Of a stretch of DNA of 64,000 nt, positions 1-12,190 are shown piece by piece. The DNA is taken from positions 50,649,294-50,713,293 of the forward strand of contig NC_068991.1 of assembly GCF_001194135.2 (NCBI RefSeq), read 5' to 3'. The notes under the pieces are model-generated. The model ran no database searches and was not told the origin of the DNA. It saw only the letters and a program-made list of their open reading frames with translations. Every line of letters begins with the position of its first letter. The first letter of the stretch is position 1. The stretch comes from Octopus bimaculoides. Its lineage: Eukaryota. The position numbers were made by a program, and so were the translations under genes.

Positions 1-1377
1 CTAGTGTGGCTCCTGGCCTTACCAGCTCTGGTCAAACTGTCCAACCCATGCCAGCAGGGAAGATGGAAGTTAAATGATGATAACGATCACACACCCACAC
101 ACCCCTACATATATAGACATAAAAATACATAGAATATATCCAGGTAAAACTAGACAATTACACATTATGCATACACAAATAACAATCTATTTATACTAAT
201 ATTTTACAAATATCATCACTCCCCACCACAGCCCTCATCATCATCATCATTACTGCATTTACATCTACTTTATGGGTTGGGTGGGACATTTTGAGTTGAT
301 GCTGAATGGTTTGACACCCTTCCTGATACCAACTTTTTAGTTGCTTATCATGAAACACAGGCATACAAGTAAACCCATTCTAAAAATTGGGATACACAAG
401 ATAACAAATATGAAACAATATTTGAACTAAATTCAGACTTTCTACAATTTCTTCTTTTTTTTTCGCTCCCTTATAGTTAGGAGGGAGGGTTATACTCATT
501 GTCCATTTTAAGGGCCTCTGAGGCTTGTGGGAGGGAAGGAAGAAGAGACCAGTTCTGAATGCTTGCAACAGAGGAGACTGCTAAAAGAATCCAAAGTGCC
601 CATTGATGGTGTGAAACCAAGCAACTAAACCATAACAGGATTTGAACTCAGAACCTAAACATCTGCTCCAATATTCTTACAATTCCACCAATTTGCTATC
701 TTGGATTGGTGTTTTATTACTGACTCTGAAAAGATGAAAAGTAAAAAGTAAAGTTGACTTAAATGAAATTTGAACTCAGACACAGAGTCAGAACAAATAA
801 CACAAAACATTTCTTATCCAATGCTCTGCCAACTCTGACAACAGTAAGTAAACACCATTTTTGTTTGAATGGGTGAAACAGTCAAATCAGAACCATTCTT
901 ATCCAAATATATTCTGGTATTGTATTGCTTACTCTTCTATCTTGATTGTATCTATTTTAACTGGGGAAAGATGGAGCTTAGCAATCAAAAACACTAACTT
1001 ATACAGTCTCAGCACTGCTTAAGCTGTTGACATGGCACCCATTTTCTGGAGGTTTCCATAAATAGTATTGAAAATATTCAATCCACCTTTATTGGTGGCA
1101 CTTGACACAAGAAGGTAAGATCAAATAGTGAAACTATAATTGTAGAGTAACTCCTGTCATTTCACAAATTTTTCAGTTACTATTCTTACCACCATTGTCT
1201 AGTCTTTATTATGAGAGACAAACTGTTTATCTGAATATTTCATAATTGAGAAACACTTATGGTGAACAAGTAAACAATTGATTAAAACATTCACACAGTT
1301 TCATAAAATGTCCATCTGGTATTAATCAAATGTCACCTTCCAGTGGACTCTTACTGTAACGAAAAAATGAAAGCTAT

Positions 1378-1975
1378 ATCGTTGCTGTAGACATCAGCAA
1401 AGCTTTTGACCATGTCCAGCCTGTGAATCTGCAACTGAAACTTTCATCCTTATGGATTTAATCCATCTCTCATCTCTAGATTCAGTAGCTTCCTGTCATC
1501 ATGTTGTTACAGCTTTTTCTCTCTTACACACAATCAAGTCTGGTGTATCCCAGAGTCCAGTTTTATCCCCCACTCTCTTTCATCTAGATATCAGTGATGT
1601 TCTTGCTTTCACAGCCAACACTGCCCTCTCTTACTCAGATGATTCAACAATTCATTCTTCTCTGATTTTTTATCAACCATGCATCATCCACGGGCAATCT
1701 AGACTTAACATGCCAAACTCACACCAATTCCATGAACAGAGACGTTGAGAGCATTTTACAGAGGGGGTCATGCCAATATTGACTCTTTCAGCAACAAAAG
1801 AAACACAAGCACTACATATATTAAGTAGTGCTCTCAAAAACGAGCAGCACTCTAAGCTAGAGTCCTCACAGTTGCCCCAAATGAGAGGCCTCGTTATCAA
1901 TAAGAATCTCTCCAGGAGAAAGTACATCTTTAACAAAGCTAGGACACCTCAAAAACTGACCCTTCTCTTCAGGGC
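1378..1975 (+). mobile_element. Degenerate CR1/L2/Jockey-type LINE reverse transcriptase relic in a PRORP intron
   Basis: Frameshifted peptides IVAVDISKAFDHV, SGVSQSPVLSPTLFHLDISD and YSDDST resemble the RT motifs LDISKAFD, SGVPQGSVLSP and YADD. Confidence 0.8.
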
Positions 1976-2009
1976 CTGAAAGTACAAAGAAACTGAAGAT
2001 AATTCTTAC

Positions 2010-2968
2010 CTTTTTAAATATTTTATAACTGCAAGCAAGACATCTTTGTTGGGTAACCACCTATATTTGTGCATCAGGTGAAACAGATCATCAACAGAAA
2101 ACTTACTGTTACTTTGACATGTGTCCAAAAAGGATAGATATACTTCTTCTGTTGGTGATAAACCTTTTGAACCTACTTTATGCAACAGAAGTGTGCAGCT
2201 GTCAATATCTGCACAACGTATTGCAGCAAGAATGATGGGAGTGTAATGTTTGGGCAGTGTTGGTTGAGTTAACTCTAATGTGGACAATAGTTGAAAGCAA
2301 TCCTTCCAACTATTTGTACAACATAATCCATATATAACATATTTAATAGTCTGGCAATCTAACAGTCCACCAGTGGAGTCTAACAACTGTTGATATAATT
2401 GCAATATAGTCTTCTGGTCTTCAGGTGATGCTCTGTTGCTAAGTAACGTCATAAACAGTGAAATAGTAGCAATATTAAGTGATCGACCTTGACTCTTTAA
2501 ATAATCAGCAAGAGATATACCAAGTTCAACCAACTTACTGCTATTAATGAAACTCATACAGCAAGCTTCCCAAGATATTTTCAAGTTAGCGTTGTCTTCA
2601 AGAAGCTCTTTTTCTAATTTATTCCAGTCTTCTGATGTCATTTTTGTTATGGATTTAGAATCAAGTTGTTCTTTGAATTCAAAAAGACGTCTGCTTCCAT
2701 TTAATTTTCTGGGTTTGTAGTTACCAATATCCTCGTCCTTGTCATCAATCTCTTGATAGTCTTCAAGAGAAGAAAAATTCCTTTGTCTATAAACAAACAA
2801 CAGCTTGTTATTGAGTCCAGTATGTAATTGAAAACAAGATGGTTTCACATAGTAGAGATGTGACATATGTTTATGACACAGATGGAAACATCGACCACTT
2901 TGAGCAAAGAGTTGGTAAGGTCCAAAAGTTTTTAGCAAGGCCCATTTTTGAAATGTTCTGGAAAACAT
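2010..2968 (-). CDS. PRORP: Mitochondrial protein-only RNase P catalytic subunit (PRORP/MRPP3), first coding exon with N-terminal PPR region; gene continues left of the window
   Basis: 320-aa ORF with a transit-peptide-like N-terminus. PPR-like helices (TIKYVIYGLCCTNSWKDCFQLL; KHYTPIILAAIRCADIDSCTLLLHKVGSKGLSPTEEVY; HKYRWLPNKDVLLAVIKYLK) match my recollection of vertebrate MRPP3. Donor AAAAG|GTAAG at 2010/2009 (phase 2). Acceptor ttacag at 3021-3026 implies an upstream non-coding exon. Confidence 0.85.
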
Positions 2969-5103
2969 TTTTCACTCCACCAAAGAAAATGGTTCAAATA
3001 ATTGATAGGTTTTCAAATTTCTGTAATTAGAAAATGAAAAACAAAAATAAAACACATTAAAAATGATATCAGAAATTATATAACATTTAATGTTGTCTAC
3101 GTTTTTGTAATAAATCACAGTGAACAAGTTCTCCATGGGAAGTGTGATCATGAAAGTCAAGATGAAGATGTAAATAAATGATTCTGTATCATGAAAACCA
3201 GGTGGCAAAAATGGAATTACCAAAGAACCATTCACCTTTTCAGGAATATCATTATCATCATCATCATCATTCAATGTCTGTTGTCCATGCTGGTATGGGT
3301 TAGACAGTTTGACCAGAGCAGACAGGCAAGCTGGGGAGCTGTACTAGACTCCAGTCTGATTTGGCATGGTTTCCACAGCTAGATGCCCTTCCTAATGCTA
3401 ACTACTTTACAGAGTATGCTGGGTGCTTTTATGTGCTGGCGTTTTTATGCGGTACTGCCATGAGTACTTTTCACCACCAGAGGGACCAGTGTTAACACTT
3501 CTGTTGTGGAGTATGAGTCTTCTTGAGTACACTAAAGTGCCAGGCATCTCGGTCTTTCGTCATCTTGCCTGTAAAGTTCAGAGCCCTGAAGTTATTCTTC
3601 AGTACTTCATCCCATATCTTCTGGGTCTCCCATTTCTAATTAGTTAACTGTCCATGTATTTCAAGTCATTTTTCAATATTACCAACAGACAGCAAAGTTT
3701 ATCAGAGTAACAAACATTAAACAAGGAAGCTTCAAAATGATCTCACAGACACCCATATCTCCTTCAAATCACGTTCTACTGTCTTTTATAAGGAAAAGAT
3801 GAATTAGACATAGTAGTTTTGCATACTCTTAACGAGTGAGCATAATCATGGCTAGAATACTTTTATCCTAGATCTGTTCATTCAGTATTGTAAACAAAAT
3901 GTTCTATAAAAATTGGGTCAGAATCAAAGATTGCTGGCTTTGTAACAAAATTTGAAATTATTATCATTATTCTTAATTTTGGCACAAGACCTGCAATTTG
4001 TAAGGGGTTGGGGTAAGTCGAATGCATCGACCAGAATACTTAACTGATACTTTATTCTATTGATTATGAAAGGATGAAAGGCAAAATTGATCGAGTACTA
4101 GGTCGACTTTGTCTTTCATCCTTTCAGGGTCGATAAAATAAGTACCAGTTGAGCACTGCGGTCGACGTCATCGACTAGTCCCCCCCTCCGAATAGTAGAC
4201 AGGATCATCATCAAAATATTTATTGTCCCATTTTCTCCCAATATAAGCAACACAAAATACATATTCTTCACACAATGTAAAGAGGAATGAGTTAATGTTA
4301 ATCTGATGAAGTGTCACTTAAACGTATCCAACCACACATTGGTGTAATGTTTCACACGAAATGATTTACGTGTTTAAAAATGGAATGATACATAAACAAT
4401 TATGATTAATATTAAATTGGTGCTATATTCATTCTTCGTCTTCTCTTATTTGTCACTCCTCGAAATACTTATACACTGGTTTTAATCCTGAAAAACTTGG
4501 AGTTTCTGCCACCAGTAGACTTGCAAGTTTTCTAAAGTTGCAATCTGAGATTGAGAATAGCTAGGAGTTTGTGTCGAATGCTTCATTAGGAAAAGATCAG
4601 GTTTCAACTCTATCAGGAATTACACGAAAGAGTATCCATGTCTTAAGACGACACTGATAAATGAAAGATGCTTTCGTTTGGTGTGTGCAAAAATAGTAAG
4701 GGAAAAAACCCCAGAGAGATATGGTAAAACAATAACATCTTTTGACCCTCTTCCAGGAAGACAAGTGATGAGTTTGTACAAGATTTTCAGAGAGAAATTC
4801 TCGAATTTTTTTCAATAAGCTCTACTTTCTCTTTCAATAATTTGTAAAATTAAATATCAGCACTTTTTCATTCACACAAAACTAAATAGTGTTCAACTTC
4901 TTCATTTTCAGTTTCGAAAATAGTTTAAAAACTTCCAAAAACAGGCTATCTTTGGTTTTAGGTACATAATTAGTTCCACAGATATTTGTACTTAAAACCA
5001 AAGATTGCGACGATTTTTTTAAAACCAGATTTCTAAATTATGCTCCGAAAAAGATTGTCAAACCCCAACACCAACGTTTAAGGCCGGTTCTAAAGGATTC
5101 TTG

Positions 5104-5304
5104 GGTACTACTAAAGCAGCACGGTCCCGAACGCGCAGTCGCGCGTCCACGCAAGCTAGTCTTGAGTGGTCGATCCTAACCCTATCCCTAACCCGCGTGT
5201 GCAAATGAATACGTGTTTAGGGTTAGGGTTAGGATCGACCACTCACGACTAGCTAGCGCGGACGCGCGACTGCGCGTTCGAGACCGTGCTGCTTTAGTAG
5301 TACC
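5104..5304. mobile_element. 201-bp foldback MITE with about 90-bp TIRs, telomeric hexamers and 9-bp TSD (Mutator-like)
   Basis: TIR GGTACTACTAAAGCAGCACGG... and its reverse complement; TSD ggattcttg at 5095-5103 and 5305-5313. Confidence 0.9.
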
Positions 5305-5734
5305 GGATTCTTGGATCAAAAACTCCACCGGTTTTTTTAAAATCTCCTCGTCGTAAACAATATTGTGTATCGAAACGAACATCAAAAACAACTTTATTTG
5401 AAGATATATTTGATGATGAGAACAAACTTCATCGTTTTCGTTTTGTTGTTCTAATTTTATTTTACTCGTGAATCTTCGATGTTAGTAAAATTTAGTGAGG
5501 AGCAGTGACCAATTCGTGTCTCCCTTCAGCAACTCTATTAATAGATCGATAGACAATGGTCCTTTAATGTAATTGAATCAATATAAAAAGTAATTTTAAT
5601 TCAATAAAATAGCTCGAAGAGCCATTTTATAGCATATATTCAGGCCAAGTAAATAGCTTATTCCGGTCTTGCTATGAAGGACATTGAAGGGTCTGTCTAA
5701 ATTTAACTTCTAAATTCATCTGTACTATAGATTC

Positions 5735-5939
5735 AAGGCCAGCAATTAAAGGCGAGGGGAAGCATGTCAATTACATTGATTCCAGTACTTGACGAGTACT
5801 TATTTTATTGACCCTGAAAGAATGAAAGGCAAAGTCGACCTCGGCGGAATTTGAACTCAGAACGTAAAGAGCCAAAAAAAAAAAAAAAAAAAAATGCCGC
5901 TCAGAATCTAAGTAAGGGTTCTGCCAGTTCGCTGCCTTA
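5735..5939 (-). mobile_element. tRNA-derived SINE with Nin/Deu-like core (family A)
   Basis: Reverse complement contains GAGTTCAAATTCCGCCGAGGTCGACTTTGCCTTTCATTCTTTCAGGGTCAATAAAATAAGTA. Confidence 0.85.
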
Positions 5940-6597
5940 ATATCACTTTTAAATTATAAATGTGTGGAATTGAGTTAACTTGCATAAAGTTAAAAACGTT
6001 TTGAGTTTATAAAGTAAAGGGAAACAATATTATTATAGTAAATATCTCACCGTTTCAATCATGTCCTCCGTGTAAACAAGCAAAGCCAAACCATGAACCA
6101 TTAACATGTCAGGCGTGAGAAATAATTACATTTATAGAACAATAATTATTCTTTCAATAATCAAGAATATAATAAACAATCGGTCCGGTAATCTTCAGCA
6201 ACAAGACAACGTGCGTGCAATTAATATCAAGGGAGGTAAGTGAGTAATGCACTCTGAATATGAGAAATTTACCGAACGACTAATTGTATTTTTTGTATTT
6301 CTTCTGCTTCGACGGAAGGAATAAAGAATGTGACCCTCCATCGCTCTTGGTAATGTCTTAGAATTTAACCTTAATCTGAAATAAAACGAAAAAAGTTTTC
6401 TATTCTACAGTTTATCCACCCCAGAGCATCTAACCAACCTCTGAAACCTCGTCCCTACTTATGTCTTTCCGTAAAGTATTGACTTGCAACAGGTTAAAGT
6501 TCTCAACGAGGGTCCATATAAGATTTAATTGTTAAAAACAAGCAAAGTAACTAGTTAGAAAATCACTAGAAGAGATGAAAGTAATAACTATACTGAG

Positions 6598-7101
6598 AAG
6601 TAATGTTTATCGCTACATCAATATGGCTGTTTGACGTTACCACCGTTTTTAATCCCGGGAAGAGCCTCCCCCTGCTAGTTATCGATGCAATCTACACCCG
6701 ATGTACTTTGCAAGCAGGGTCAAAAACGGTAGAAACGTCCATTCCTACGGAACAGCCATGTCGATGTGCCCAATATAGTTACTACTTTCATCTCTTTCTT
6801 AACTAGCTTCTTTGCTTGTTGCAAGTTAAGTGACTGATTGTCGCTTAGTTTTCTATATACATGGAGCGAATCCGTGCTATCTCTAACGGACGGGTGTTCA
6901 GCAATGAGGATGGGTACAAATAGCCCGAAACTATGGGTGGGTGATCCTGTCGTCTGCGAGAAGATGGTAGAGGTTCACTTCCCTACTTGCAATGTATATC
7001 GGGTGCAGATTACATAGCCAGCGGCTCCTCCCGGGGTTAAAAGCGGTAGAAACGTTGATTTCTACGGAACAGCTATATTGATGTGACGATAAGCAGTACT
7101 G
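6598..7101. mobile_element. Older MITE with long imperfect TIRs
   Basis: About 6601-6714 is the reverse complement of about 6986-7098. An internal direct copy of the right TIR segment lies at about 6720-6785. Confidence 0.7.
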
Positions 7102-7649
7102 ATTGTTAAAAATTTATATGTAATAAATTGGTTTACTTCTACAATACACAAAATATCAAAATTTTCATTATACATTTCTTAATGATGTTTAATTATAAAA
7201 ATACATTAGGATTTTTTTATATATACAGGGAATGGCTATGGAAGTCCAGAAAAATAAATTAAGAATCAGAAAGATCCATAGCCCCCCCCCCCCACCAAAA
7301 GGTTGAGAACCACTGGGTTAAATGGAACATAAAATGCCATCAAACACACACTGGTTTCAGGACATCCTGCGAAGGTCATAAATTTCTGATTAGATTTTGT
7401 ACTAATGAATAAATTTCTAATATTTATTATTTGTGGGAGTAGATTTGGCAAAACTTCAGTTTAGTGCCCATTGATTTTGATTCCTAAAAAATGCATATTT
7501 TCTAAGAAAATGTCTGTACAAGTGTGCCTTCATCCAACTTCATTTCTTCATAACTTTAGCTATAAAGTTTGTTAAATAAATACTGCAGTTCCTCCATTGT
7601 AAAATTTATTGAATGGTTACAGATTGGTTCTTCTGAACATGACTTTGTT

Positions 7650-7990
7650 TCTTCATAATTTTCAGAAAAATGAATATTCTTCAATGAAATTTTCTACAAA
7701 TACGTTTCAGATGTAGATCACATTTATATCAGAATTTAAAGGAAGGGAAAAATTTGTGGAACGCACACATACATACTGTGATGTGCCCCCCACATCTATA
7801 TATACACAGTGAAACTTGAAATTTTAAGAAAATTATATGATATACATCAGTATGTATGTCCATCATTTTTTTTCGCATTAAATTCTGAGATAATCATAAT
7901 CTACACCAGCTTTAAAGTATTTCTAGAAAATTTCATTGAAAAAAAAAAAACACATCAACTTTCCTGCAAGTTATGAAGATGCAAAGTCAT
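7650..7990. mobile_element. Degenerate palindromic MITE, same family as 34331-34752
   Basis: Shares the motifs cataac/atttt, aatgaaatttt, ttcagatg..gtagat, catacatac, gaaacttgaaattt, gataatc.taatctacacca and gttatga. Confidence 0.65.
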
Positions 7991-8268
7991 GTTGGGAAGA
8001 AGTAATCTATAACTATTCTATAAATTTCACAATGGAGGAACTGTATTATCTATTTAATAAACTCCATAGCTACCTTAGGAAGGTGTCTCATATATTGTAT
8101 GTGTCCAAAGTTCAAATTCTGGCTAGGTTGACTTACCATTTCATCCTTTTGGGGTCGATAAAATAAGTACCAGTGAAACACTGGAGTTGATGTAATCGAC
8201 TAGCCCCCTCCCCCAAATTTCAGGTCTTGTTCCTTTAGCAGAAAGGATTATCATCATTATTATTATTA

Positions 8269-8480
8269 AGGCAGTGAGCTGGCAGAACCTCAGCACGCCA
8301 ATTAACATGCTTTGTGGCATTTTGTCTGTCTTTACAATCTGAATTCAAATTCTGCCAAGGTTGACTTTGCTTTCATCCCTTCAGGGTCAATGTAAACAGT
8401 ACATTGACCCAGTTGAGTAGGGAGGTCAACGCAATTGACTAGGTCCCATCCCCAAAAATTTCAAACCTTGTGCCTATAGT
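8269..8480 (+). mobile_element. Family A (Nin-like) SINE
   Basis: GTGAGCTGGCAGAA head and TTGACTTTGCTTTCATCCCTTCAGGGTC core. Confidence 0.75.
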
Positions 8481-8691
8481 AACAAGGCTTGTACTGGCTG
8501 AAAAGAGGCAAGATTGGAAGGGGGTGTTTAGATTCAATATTCCTCCATTTATTATTACTGAGTCAGCCAAAAGGTGTTTTCTATTGTTATTTCAAATACT
8601 TCCCTTACATATTTCATCCTCAGTTTTAATCATTCATTTACACCATAATCCATACCAGTAATGATCAACTGACTTCCATTTTCCCTGCCTT

Positions 8692-9064
8692 TCATCATCA
8701 TCATTGTTTAATGTCTGCCTTTCATGCTGGCATTGGTTGGACAGTTTGACTGCACTAGACTTCTGTGTGTTTTGGCACAGTTTTTACGGCTGGATGCCCT
8801 TCCTAACACCAACCACCCAGCAAAGAGGACTGAATGCCTTTCCAAATGCCAACCACTTTACAGCATGAACTGGATGCTTTTTACATGGCACCAGCAGCTA
8901 CACTCTCGAAGTGGTTGGCGTTAGGAAGGGCATCCAGCTGTAGAAACTCTGCCAGATCAGATTGGAGCCTGGTGCAGCCTTCTGGCTTGCCAGTCCTCAG
9001 TCAAACCGTCCAACCCATGCTAGCATAGACAGCAGACATTAAACGATGATGATGATGATGATGA
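8692..9064. mobile_element. Head-to-head pair of RTE-type 3' end fragments with (GAT)n tails
   Basis: Minus copy about 8692-8818 and plus copy about 8890-9064, both with GTCCAACCCATGC.AGCATGG..TTAAA.GATGATGAT-type ends. Confidence 0.8.
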
Positions 9065-9934
9065 CCAGCACTGGCAGTGTCACCAAGTATCTTGCTGTAG
9101 ATGAAGTACATGGTTACCCGGCCAGAGAGACAGGGAATGAGGACAGAAATAGATGTGCTGCTGTTAAGGAGATACATGGCTAACCAACCTGAGGGAAGAG
9201 CAAGAATGCAAAAGAGAGCAGAAGATGGTGAAGTGCCACAAGGAATGGAGATCAAGATATAAATGGGATGGTAGAAAGATAGATGGTAGCAAGTGCCAGG
9301 GTATACTCTCATGGTATGGAGGTCATAATATAAGTGACATCAATTGCCCAAAATATGCTAGGCCAGAGTTAACAGTGTCTGCACGTATTTCAGTCTACTG
9401 CATTCCACTTTTGTCAGTATATTCCTGGGTCCTCCCAGGCAACATGTTGCACAGAGTCCTACTCAGTCCCCATCTCCCAAGAGATACTTCCTTATCTGCC
9501 ATGACCATGAGGCATGTGGTTGGACAACATGAACCATCAACCCAGTTGAATCCTCAGTGAAGAGAACACAGTAAGCAGGGTCTAACTCGGAAATATCAAG
9601 CAATATGGCCAAACGGTCTGAGCTGGCACTTCCACATCATACAATAAACAGGACGCATCCTAGTTACTGAGTTAGAATCTGAAGTCTTAAAAAAAAAGAT
9701 TTGAACTAGCATAATTATTTTCTTTATAGAAAGCTAAGCTTTTTAATTAAATCAATTAGCTATACTCTTTACTCTACTCTTTCACTTGTTTCAGTCATTT
9801 GACTGCGGCCATGCTGGAGCACTGCCTTTAGTTGAGCAAATCGACCCCAGGACTTATTCTCATACTGTCATATTTCACAGTCATCACAACTAAAAAATTC
9901 CAATAATAAAGTTCCATAATAAATTTTAGGAATA

Positions 9935-10255
9935 TTATTTTATTTTATTTTTTTTAGAACTGTGTAAATTAGACACTTTTGATTTTATTGAACGAACAAG
10001 ACTGTCTAAAGATTGTTCACCAGTTGAGTGTGAGTTTGTGGCATTCATCTGTGAATAATTTTCAGAAGAGCCTGAAATATCACTGGAATTCTTGCGTTTT
10101 GTGGTTGTTTGTGTTCTTTCGTTATAGCGCCGCCGAAGTTTCTCTTCAATCAACTCCTCCATTCCAGCACTCTTCTTATAGTCAGGAGCAGATTTATCAA
10201 TATTATAGTGACCAGACGTGAAAACTGCATCAAACCGTTTATCATTTACATCAAT
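9935..10255 (-). CDS. ESF1: ESF1 terminal exon (NUC153 domain)
   Basis: Acceptor ttgtag|ATT; IDVNDKRFDAVFTSGHYNIDKSAPDYKKSAGMEELIEEK...KIK*; 321 nt, phase 0. Confidence 0.92.
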   Translation of the reverse strand: MDVNDKRFDAVFTSGHYNIDKSAPDYKKSAGMEELIEEKLRRRYNERTQTTTKRKNSSDISGSSENYSQMNATNSHSTGEQSLDSLVRSIKSKVSNLHSSKKNKIK

Positions 10256-10462
10256 CTACAAGAAAATAAAAGTGTCTTAGAAATATCAAGCTGTGCCATG
10301 TATCTTAATTATAAGTAATTCTATGATAGAATTCATTAAGTTCTTTGTTACAAAAAAGCAGTAATTAGTAAATTTGATTTTCTTTTGCTATACACATCAT
10401 TCTATGAATATCATAATTAACTAACTTGATAGAGAATAAGGCATTTGGTCAAAGGGTTAATG

Positions 10463-10494
<32 letters not shown>

Positions 10495-10517
10495 GTATAT
10501 ATATATATATATGTCTG

Positions 10518-10595
<78 letters not shown>

Positions 10596-10598
10596 TAA
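10463..10598. repeat. Compound (AT)n/(GT) microsatellite
   Basis: Directly visible; flanked by a local inverted repeat (gagaataaggcatttggt / accaaatgccttattctc). Confidence 0.95.
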
Positions 10599-10819
10599 TC
10601 ATTAACACTCTCACCAAATGCCTTATTCTCTGTATAGATAATAATGGTCTACACCCTCTCCAGTACAGCATAACCTAAGAGACTGCTTAATTCTCAATTG
10701 GGCAGCTCTTTATAAATAGGCATCCTGCATAAGTGCTACTCAAACAGTTGTGCCAACAGACATAAGGAGTATTTGGTCAGCTTGTAGTGTTGAGTTCAAA
10801 GCCCCAGTGGGCCCAAAAA

Positions 10820-11040
10820 TAAACAACTACAAGACAAGGAGGGAACCTCTATGTGGTTGCACAATCTATGAGAAACAGCAGCCAAATATCTCTCAAATCA
10901 TATCCTTCTGCTTTAAAAAGAAAAGGATAGATTAGATAATGTAGTCATAGATATCTCCAAACCGATGAGATGTTCATGAATGGAATGTCACTGACCAGAA
11001 ATCTACTCAACCATAGTTGACCAGAAGCTAAAACAACAAA
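10820..11040 (+). mobile_element. Old dispersed SINE-like repeat with (AAC)n end (family E)
   Basis: Motifs agaaa.agcagccaaat.tc.ctcaaatca and ggataatgtagtc.taga recur at about 23255-23462 and 61440-61660. Confidence 0.6.
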
Positions 11041-11054
11041 GAAGAAATATTTAC

Positions 11055-11219
11055 CTTGAAATCATCATCTATTTTTGATTTCTGCTGCTTCAGTTTCTTC
11101 TTGGACTTTTTCTTTTTGTCTACTTTTCTTCCTTCAATATAGTCTTCAAAATCAAAGTGATGCTTAGTCTTCTTCTCCTCACCATCATTATCATCAGCCA
11201 TCAGTAAAGCAAGCTCTTC
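11055..11219 (-). CDS. ESF1: ESF1 exon
   Basis: ttgcag|GAA...AAG|GTAAAT; EELALLMADD...HFDFEDY...DDDFK; 165 nt, phase 0/0. Confidence 0.9.
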
Positions 11220-11280
11220 CTGCAACAAGTCAAACATCTCAAGAATTACTCTATAAGCATGCATATTAAAATTACTAAGT

Positions 11281-11662
11281 TGTTGTTGGCATTCCATCGC
11301 TTATGACGTTGAGGGTTCCAGTTGATCCGATCAACGGAACAGCCTGCTCGTGAAATTAACGTGCAAGTGGCTGAGCACTCCACAGGCACGTGCCCTTAAC
11401 ATAGTTCTCGGGGATATTCAGTGTGGCACAGTGTGACAAGGCTGACCTTTTGAATTACAGGCACAACAGAAACAGGAAGTAAGAGTGAGAGAAAGTTGTA
11501 GTGAAAGAGTACAGCAGGGTTTGCCACCATCCTCTGCCAGAGTCTCGTGGAGCTTTAGGTGTTTTTGCTCAATAAACACTCACAACGCCCGGTCTGGGAA
11601 TCGAAACTGCGATCCTATGACCGCGTGTCCACTACCCTAACCACTGGGCCATTGCGCCTCCA
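11281..11662 (-). mobile_element. tRNA-derived SINE (family C, head TGGAGGCGCAATGGCCCAGTGGTTAGGG), full length
   Basis: A and B boxes, (AAC)n tail, 12-bp TSD aaattactaagt at 11269-11280 and 11663-11674. Confidence 0.9.
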
Positions 11663-11692
11663 AAATTACTAAGTAAATCATTATTATTATTA

Positions 11693-12190
11693 GGGTGGTG
11701 AGCTGACAGAATTGTTAGTGCACTGGGACAAAATGCTTAGTGGCATTTCTTCTGGCTTTACATTTTGAGTTCAAATTCGACCAAGGTCAGCCTTGCTTTC
11801 CATCCTTTCAGGGTCAATAAAATAAGTACCAGTTGAAAACTGGGGTCGATGTAATCAACTTACACTCTCCCCTAAATTTGAAATCATTATCATTATTTTG
11901 CCATGGTTGGCTTTGCCTTTCATCATTTCGAGGTCAATAAAATAAGTACCAGCTGAGCACTGGGGTTGATGTAATTGACTAGTGCCTTACTCCCAAAGTT
12001 CAGGCCTTGTGTCTATAGTAAAAAGAATTATTATTATTATGGTGTTGAGCTGGCAGAATCGTAAGTGCATTGGAGAAAATGTTTAGCGCTATTTCTCCCA
12101 GCTCTTTACATTCTGAGTTCAAGTACTGGAGTTAATGGAATCAATCATCATCTATTAAAATTGTTGGCCATATGCCAAAATTTGAAACCA
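11693..12190 (+). mobile_element. Cluster of three family A SINE copies or fragments
   Basis: Repeated GTGAGCTG.CAGAAT heads and CCTTTCATC..TTC..GGTCAATAAAATAAGTACCAG cores. Confidence 0.75.

Noticed and set aside
380-568. ORF as PRORP exon 2
   Set aside because: No phase-2-compatible open exon and no similarity to the expected Zn-binding/NYN region; the next exons must lie left of the window.
4303-4327. Third hammerhead (CTGATGAAGTGTCACTTAAACGTA)
   Set aside because: TAAA instead of GAAA, a 3-nt loop in helix II and no helix I pairing; at most a dead relic.
10417-10678. YI-repeat ORFs on both strands
   Set aside because: Translation of an (AT)n microsatellite.
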